DNA from: Octopus vulgaris
Taxonomy: Eukaryota
Length of the DNA stretch: 64,000 nt
Direction of reading: 5' to 3'
Assembly: GCA_951406725.2 (NCBI GenBank)
Contig: OX597832.1
Coordinates: forward strand, 22,754,001-22,818,000
Position 1 is the first letter of the stretch. The number at the start of each line of letters is the position of its first letter. The notes under the pieces are model-generated. The model saw nothing but the letters and a program-made list of their open reading frames with translations, did no database searches and had not been told where the DNA came from. Positions 55,850 to 64,000 of the stretch are shown piece after piece. Made by a program: the position numbers and the translations under genes.

Positions 55850-56536
55850 ACAGGTAAGTCGGTATGTTGGTATGTATGTATGTATTTAGGTATGTAGGTA
55901 TGTAATGTAGGTAGGTAGGTAGGTATGTATGTATGTAGGTAGGTAGGTAGGTAGGTAGGCAGGCAGGTAGGTGGGTAGATAGGTAGGTAAGTAGACAGAT
56001 GAGTCTTTGGAATATATGCAGGTATAATTTTACACAAACACACACACACACACATACACACACTCTCACACACACACGCACATGCACACCTACAGTGACA
56101 TACACACTCACACTCACAAATCGTAAGCATTTCTATACTTACCGTAGATAAAACCGGATTCCATATTTCCAAGTATTATCGTATAAAAGAAAGCGCAAAA
56201 TCATGAAACTCGCTTAGAAGAGAAATTTTAAATTTAATACTTTCTTTGCCTCTATTTTCGTCTTGTTGCGAAGTATTTGAAGAAAGCTACAATACAGCTT
56301 ACATACGTAATCCTTAATACTACTCGGATATAGTTGGAAGACATTTTTTGTTTCGTTGTTTTACTATAGCAGAGTTAGTAGAAAACATCTGTGAGAGGAT
56401 TCCATAGAAAATAATGCAAAGTTGTATTTAGTTTTTATGTTTCGACACACACAAGAATACAGGTAAGTATTAAGGATTTGGTTTTGCTTTTTTATCCTTT
56501 CGCGATGTATGTGTTTGCGTTCATGTATGTATGCGT

Positions 56537-56606
<70 letters not shown>

Positions 56607-56651
56607 GTGTGTGCGTGTGTGTTTGTGCGTTTACATATGTATCAATCTACA

Positions 56652-56880
56652 TAGGCGACGAGCTGGCAGAAACGTTAACACGCAGGGCGAAATGCGTAAC
56701 CGTATTTCGTCTGCCGTTACGTTGTGAGTTCAAATTCCGTCGACTTTGCCTTTCATCCTTTCGGGGTGGATAAATTAAATACCAGTTACGCACTGGGGTC
56801 GATGTAGTCGACGTAATACCTATGTCTGTCCTTGTTTGTCCTCTCTATGTTTAGCCCCTTGTGGGCAATAAAGAAATAGA
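56652..56880 (+). mobile_element. SINE family 1 monomer
   Basis: Head through the AAAGAAATA tail. Confidence 0.85.
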
Positions 56881-56995
56881 CACATACAACATACTTATAT
56901 ACATACATACATTCATACATACACACTTACATACATATATGCACAATGCAAAAATAAATAAGTTCATACATACATGAAGACACGCATCGTACATG

Positions 56996-57335
56996 CGCTC
57001 ACAACATCATAAGCGGAAAGTGTAACCTCTCGAAAGAGCTGTTCTTCACTCCTGCTCCAGAGCGTCGGCTGCGGGGTCACTCCAAAAAGCTCTATCTGCG
57101 ACGATTTCATCTCAATGGAAGGAGAGGGGCTTTCTCCGTCCCGGTTGCGGATCCGTGGAATAAGCTGCCGGACGAGATAGGGAAGATGCCGACGACCGCT
57201 CGGTTCAAAGTCTCCCTTGACCACAAATGGCCTGAACTCTTCGCATGAACACCACCCTGTACATAACTCCATGTCCCCCTACATGATCTTGCTTTTTGCT
57301 TTTTGAGCCAAAAAATTAACTTAACTTAACTTAAC
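56996..57335 (+). mobile_element. CR1-clade LINE 3' end
   Basis: Open frame AHNIISGK..RLRGHSKKLYLRRF..AFSVPVADPWNKLP..FKVSLDHKWPELFA*, short 3' UTR and (TTAAC)n tail. Confidence 0.85.
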
Positions 57336-57344
57336 TAAGTCGGA

Positions 57345-57600
57345 TAGAAGCGATAGGCCCTCCTGATGACAATATGTCTTCTACAATGAACGATAAAGAG
57401 AATCCCTATGACCAGAGCCTTTGAAACCATCAGATTCCATACACAGATGATAAATTCATATTTATACCAGTGAATATTGATGCAATTGGTCTTGTGAGAA
57501 AATGGCTGAGTGAGAATCTGCATCAACTGGGACTTTCACAAGAAATTCGAAATCAACCAGTTACCTCGTACGCAACACGTTTGCAGTCTGTAAGCGGAAC
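57345..57600 (+). pseudogene. RLE endonuclease C-terminal remnant (R4/Dong-like)
   Basis: IEAIGPPDDN..KENPY..FIFIPVNIDAIGLVRKWLSENLHQLG resembles the IE..P...K..Y...P.IIGALG pattern. Confidence 0.5.
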
Positions 57601-57767
57601 GATATAAATATGCATAACTTTTCTGAAGTTCAAAATGTGACGTTGTTTTCGTTATCTATATTCCGACGATGGACCATTGTATCTTTGTTAGAAGACAATT
57701 CCTTCATTAGAGGGGGGCATTAAATAATTAAAACAAGAGAATATACATACATACATACATACATGTG

Positions 57768-57830
<63 letters not shown>

Positions 57831-57832
<2 letters not shown>

Positions 57833-58045
57833 CGGGAAGCTTTATGAAAATAAACAAAAGACGAAGGCAGGTGGAATACAAACAAACAATTGCATTAGTA
57901 TGGCGCTCAGGAATATAAATAAAAGAAGTCTTTTACGTTTCGAGCCTACGCTCTTCAACAGAAAGATACACAGAAAAGAAACACGGAGAGAAACAAGGAG
58001 AGAAAAAAAATGCGTGCAGAGGCTAGCGAATCAACATGAGATAGT
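57831..58045 (-). mobile_element. Family H1 hammerhead-bearing short element
   Basis: TCTTT-CTGTTGA-A-GAGC-GTAG-GCTC-GAAAC-GTA-AAAGA at 57929-57966 (minus); 3' end abuts (TA)n. Confidence 0.8.
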
Positions 58046-58165
58046 TAGATAAGTAGATAGTTAAACATAGATAAATATATACACACGTATACATGTATAT
58101 ATATATATATGCACACACCTCACACACGTATGTATATATGCGCACACATAAATGTATATATATAC

Positions 58166-58210
<45 letters not shown>

Positions 58211-58237
58211 GCACCCATATATATACATATATATTTA

Positions 58238-58294
<57 letters not shown>

Positions 58295-58478
58295 TCATAT
58301 GAAAGGGAAATGGAATTTAATTAAAATTAAAACATTCAATCAAAATTTATATTTCCAGTGGCCTAACGTGCAAAAAAATTAGTCAAGAAGACTATATATT
58401 AGTCATACGATATAGTGTATATTTAAATACATAAGGACTCCACTTATAGCGTGCCGAATTCCCTATAAGTGGATTACT

Positions 58479-58984
<506 letters not shown>

Positions 58985-59629
58985 GTGTGTGTTACAGTAA
59001 TTGAAACAACGTCTAAGTGTTGGGTCTCTAACGTTCTGAAGAGAACTTCATCAGTTGTTCACCGATTGTTTACCTCGTGAGGTTTGTAACAGAGTTCCTT
59101 TCTAATTATGTCTTAGAAATTTGTTTACATTCTTCATAAGAAATAAAGCAATCTAACTTAATCGACATCAAAGCTACGACATTTTCTATATAATCGCATT
59201 TCTTTCCCCTTTTCAATAACTCTCGCTCTTTTAATAATTCTTTCCTTGGCTATTTCACTTTTAATCAGGTTTATTTTCGTGTTAATACTTTCTAATGAAA
59301 TATCAAAAATAGGAAAAAAAAAAAAAAAAAAGAAAAAAAACTACGCTAAACTCCGAATCCGAATTCTTGTTATTTTTGTTTTTCGAGCGTATCTTCAATC
59401 TGATGAAATGATTGTAAACAACAACTCTCCGGAGTTATATTTTAAATATTTATAGCCATCGTCGTGATAGGTCGCCTACACAATAGTGATACAATATTAT
59501 GTGTTTCAAGTTAATGAATTGGATTTTCTAACATCGGTTTTTAATTAATATCCAGCGGAATTCATCAAAAGCTCGTGGTAAAGGTTTAATTCAGTGTTAT
59601 CATCAGTAGCTTCTTGAGGTGAGATATAT

Positions 59630-60625
59630 TCTCTTTTCTACTCTAGGCACAAAGTCCGAAATTTTGGCAGAGGGCCAGTTGACTAGATCGCGCCCGGTGT
59701 GTAACTGGTACTTAATTAATCGGACCCGAAAGGATCAAAGGCAAAGTCGACCTCGGTGGAATTTGAACTCAGAACGTAAACACAGACGATATACATATGT
59801 CTTTACTACCCACAAGGGGCTAAACACCGAGAGGACAAACAAGGACAGACAAACGGATTAAGTGCGGAAATGGTACTTATTTAATCGATTCCGAAAGGAT
59901 GAAAGGCAAAGTCGACCTCGGCGGAATTTGAACTCAGAACGTAGCAGCAGACGAAATACCTATTTCTTTATTACCCACAAGGGGCTAAACACAGAGGGGA
60001 CAAACAAGGACAGACATAGGTATTAAGTCGATTAAATCGACCCCAGTGCGTAACTGGTACTTAATTATAGACCCCGAAAGGAAGAAAGGCAAAGTCGATC
60101 TCGGCGGAATTTGAACTCACAACGTAACGCTGACGAAATACCGCTAAGCATTTCGCCCGGCATGCTAACGACTTTGCCAGCTCGCCGCCTTTGTGTCTAG
60201 CCCCTTGTGGGTAGTAAAGAAATAAGAAACGTTAGTACATCGGGTAAAATGCTTAGCAGTATTTCTTCCGTCTTGACGTTCTGAGTTCAAATTCTGCCGA
60301 TGTCGACTATGCTTTTCATCCTTTTGGAGTCGATAAAATAAGTACCAGTTGATCAGTGGGGGGTCTATGTAATCGGTTTAACTCTCCCCTGGAATTGCTG
60401 GCCGTGTGCCAAAACTCGAAATCAATATTAATTGATTAATAAGAAATTTATCAACCTCAAAAGGATGAGAGGCAAAGTCCATCTCGGTGGAATTCGAACT
60501 CAGAATTCCGCCGAGAACGTAAAGTCTCAGATCTTACGTAAAGTCTGAAGAACGTAAAGTCGGAGAAAATGTCACGAAGAATTTTGCCCAGTGTGCTAAC
60601 GATTCTGCCTCCAGCTTACCGCCTT
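59630..60625. mobile_element. SINE family 1 cluster: minus multimer (59630-60191), plus copy (60192-60425), minus remnant (60445-60625)
   Basis: Homology to family 1; junction at 59960/59961. Confidence 0.85.
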
Positions 60626-61509
60626 AGATTATTTATAAATATCAACCATCTCTACACTGAACGTTGTTGTTGGTTTTTTAACCTCAGGACAAAAACACGA
60701 ATCGTCGCAACCAACAATCAAAAGCATACTAGACATATATTTACGAGTTTATTTTTCGACACCGCGTATATCCAGATGAACAGGATAATGTAGGTCGAGG
60801 CATTACTTTCCTTCATATAATCGAATGACTGAATCCAGCTTTCGGGATTTGATGATTTTAGGCTGAAAATTTTACGAGATTTCGTTGATGTATTTAACAA
60901 CCATGATCTTTAGTTAACCTGCAGATTGGATTCTACCCATTGTAATGAATACAGAACAAATCTTTGAAAGAACGACACATTAATCTATTATTCAATTATA
61001 CCGCCATCTTAGCTCTGTATCCAAATTAGTATCCTTGATGGCCGTTCATCACATTCTAAACAGCCATTTAACTAGAGAATCTATATGTTACTATCACCAA
61101 TGCAGTGACAACCAATTAATTTAATCAATAATTAATCCCAATTTGAAACTTCTTCAATGAAGTAGAGTGTCTTTCAAGCATCGGTTCCTTCTCTTTCAAG
61201 TAGTACCTGAATTTCCCTGAAGTCATATTGCAGCAGAGGCTACCAGACTGTGTGACCCTATAATCTAGCGCTAATAATCTCCAAATTAGTCGTCAAATAA
61301 TAAATAACAAATTGGATTTAACTTTTTAATAAGTATTTTCGCTTAAGTATATTTTATATCTGACATTTCTGTACGAAATTCGACGCATTACAGATATCAC
61401 GTGATGTTATAATTAATAGCGAAAGAAACGAAATTAATTCGTCACGATTTTAAACACACACACGCAACACACATACACGCGTACAGACACACACACACAC
61501 ACACACACA

Positions 61510-61833
61510 CGTGGCTCAGTGGTTACAGCATCGGGCTCACAATCATGCGGTAGGGAGTTCGATTCCTAGACTGGGCTGTGTGTTGTGTTCTTGAGCAAGA
61601 CACTTTATTTCACGTTGCTACAGTTCACTCAGCTGTAGAAATGAGTTGCAACGTCATTGGCGCCAAGCTGAATCAGCCCCCTTTGCCTTTCCCTTGGATA
61701 ATATCGGTGGAGTGGAGAGGGGTGTCCGGTATGCATGGAGGACCGCTGGTCTTCCATAAACAGCCTTGCCCGCAATTGTGGAACTCTCTAGGTGCAATCC
61801 CATGGTCATTCACGAGCGAAGGGAGTCTTTACC
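61510..61833 (+). mobile_element. SINE family 4
   Basis: A box TGGCTCAGTGG, B box GAGTTCGATTCC, body shared with the 9963 and 33552 copies. Confidence 0.8.
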
Positions 61834-61869
61834 CTATATATATATATATATATATATTCTCTCACTAAT

Positions 61870-62325
61870 ACTAGTACTACTATAACTACTACTACAACCA
61901 CCATCACCACATCCTCCACCACCACCACCACCACAACTACTATTACCACCACCAGCACCACAACAACAACAACTACCACCACCACCACCACTGCAACTAC
62001 TACTACTACTACCATCACTACTACTACTACTACAAATACTACAACTACCACCACCACCACCACAACTACTACTACTACTACTGCTACCACCACCATCACA
62101 ACTACTACTACTACTATTACTACAACCACCACCACCACCACCACCATCACTACTACTACTACTACTACTACCACTACTACTACTACAACTACTACAACTA
62201 CTACTACTACCACTACTACCACCAACACCACCACCACCACCACCACCACCACTACTACTACTACTACTAGTACTACTACTACTGCAACTACTACTACCAC
62301 TACTACCACCACCACCACCACCACC

Positions 62326-62356
<31 letters not shown>

Positions 62357-62403
62357 GTACTACTACTACTGCAACTACTACTACCACTACTACCACCACC
62401 ACC

Positions 62404-62469
<66 letters not shown>

Positions 62470-62470
62470 G
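61870..62470. repeat. (ACT/ACC)n trinucleotide array
   Basis: Direct reading. Confidence 0.95.
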
Positions 62471-62490
62471 CGTCTTCCACTTCTTCCCAG

Positions 62491-62627
62491 ATATTTCGCT
62501 GAATGACAAGATTAGATCATAATACAAAATTAGTCTCTCACAAAAGCCGACTCTGTTGGAAGACAAATCGCATCTCTTGAATGGCGTCGTTTGCATGGAA
62601 ATGGACGCTAAACGGGAAACCTTCTAG
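62491..62627 (+). other. Candidate (probably 5' UTR) exon
   Basis: Unique island bounded by the CTTCCACTTCTTCCCAG acceptor and AG|GTGAAA donor; no homology recognised. Confidence 0.25.
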
Positions 62628-62639
62628 GTGAAAATCACC

Positions 62640-62902
62640 TTCGTCATCATCGTCCTCCTCCTCATCATCATCATCATCCATATGATTGCCATCCACTTCA
62701 TCTTCTTCCTCCTTCTAATCATCGTCATCAACCACATCGTCGTCATTACTGTCACAACCACTTCCACTACAGCCGCCACCACCACCACCACCACTACCAT
62801 CGCTACTAACATACCTGATACGACCACCAACACCAGAACCACCACTATAACCATCATGGCCGTCGTCGTCATCGTCTCATCCTCAAGCATCATCATCAAC
62901 AA

Positions 62903-62939
<37 letters not shown>

Positions 62940-63178
62940 GTTATAATCATCATCATCATAATCATCATCATGATCATGATCATCATCATCATCATCTTCA
63001 ACATCATCATCATTATCATCATCATCAACATCATCATCATTATCATCATGACCATCCTCATCATCATCACTATCACCACCATCATCACCATCATCATCAA
63101 CATCATCATCATCATCATCACCATCATCTTCATCATCCTCCTCCTCCTCATCATCATCATCATCACCACCATCTTCAA

Positions 63179-63222
<44 letters not shown>

Positions 63223-63317
63223 ACATCGTCATCATCGTTATAATCATCATGATCATCATGATCATCATCGTCGACGTCGTCGTAGTCGTCACCATCATCG
63301 TTATAACCATCATCTCT

Positions 63318-63354
<37 letters not shown>

Positions 63355-63360
63355 CTATCA
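62640..63360. repeat. (CAT)n trinucleotide array
   Basis: Direct reading. Confidence 0.95.
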
Positions 63361-63559
63361 TTGTAGCAAAACAGCATAGAGGCAGTAGCAGGAGCAGCAA
63401 CCGCAGCAGCAGCAGCAGCGACGGAAATAACAGTTGTATGATGAGAGGTTTCCTTTTGTCCGTTGTCGTCGCCATATTGGTCATTGATATTTGCTTGTTG
63501 TCGTCTGCAGAACAATGACGGAGAGGATGATATGAATCTCTGCTGATTGAATATTTCAG

Positions 63560-63714
63560 GAGCCTATCCATTCGGTACTTGGCTTATTGATATTTGGTGC
63601 CAATTAAAAAATATTCCTTGGTGAAAACATGGACAAATATGGACCGATGCTACGTCAATGCAGCAGTCAACGGCCGAAGGGGGCTAGCGATGGTAAATGC
63701 AAAACTGGATGCAG
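63560..63714 (+). other. Candidate exon containing a possible start codon
   Basis: TTTCAG acceptor, CAG|GTAGGA donor; AAACATGG at 63629 opens MDKYGPMLRQCSSQRPKGASDGKCKTGC to the donor; product unknown. Confidence 0.3.
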
Positions 63715-63891
63715 GTAGGAATGAAATACCAACAAGAATGACGATGATAATGATGATGATAATGATGATGATGATGATGTTGATAATGATGATGATTATG
63801 ATGATGATGATGATGCTGATGATGATGATGATGATGACGATGATGATGTTAACGATAACGTTAATGTTACTACTACTACTACTACTACTAC

Positions 63892-63958
<67 letters not shown>

Positions 63959-64000
63959 AAGAAGAAGAAGAAGAAGAAGAAGAAGAAGAAGAATGATAAT

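Noticed and set aside
59025-59060. CTGATGA-A-GTTC..GAAC-GTT on the minus strand
   Set aside because: The GAAA box is missing and stem I is unsupported; at best a dead hammerhead remnant.
61792-62502. Mucin-like poly-Thr ORF
   Set aside because: It starts inside a SINE and runs through (TA)n and (ACT/ACC)n microsatellites.
62624-63571. 315-aa minus ORF with a signal-peptide-like Leu run
   Set aside because: The Leu run comes from (CTG)n and the remainder from (ATG)n; splice signals favour the + strand if anything.

Overview
AT-rich, microsatellite-saturated eukaryotic DNA. The SINE set and repeat landscape suggest a cephalopod, probably Octopus (inference). I could not identify any intact host protein-coding gene; almost all listed ORFs are translations of simple repeats. 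The window is a patchwork of four tRNA-headed SINE families, decayed Tc1/mariner transposons (mellifera-, cecropia-, maT/DD37D- and TRT-like), LINE remnants (HERO-like, RTE, Tx1/L1, CR1, R4-like), Helitrons and Penelope-like (PLE) remnants, plus two candidate + strand exons near 62.5-63.7 kb. The main signal outside the ORF track is a set of short non-coding elements, mostly in (TA)n tracts, carrying type I hammerhead-ribozyme folds from several unrelated families. The clearest is a young 492-nt circularly permuted unit with a canonical hammerhead and an inverted partial copy (34713-35569), resembling a reverse-transcribed retrozyme circRNA. A ~200-nt multicopy family has an atypical CUGUNGA core, and a minimal hammerhead at 1090-1122 shows an apparent compensatory A3-U8 pair. 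All folds were read by eye; activity is untested.
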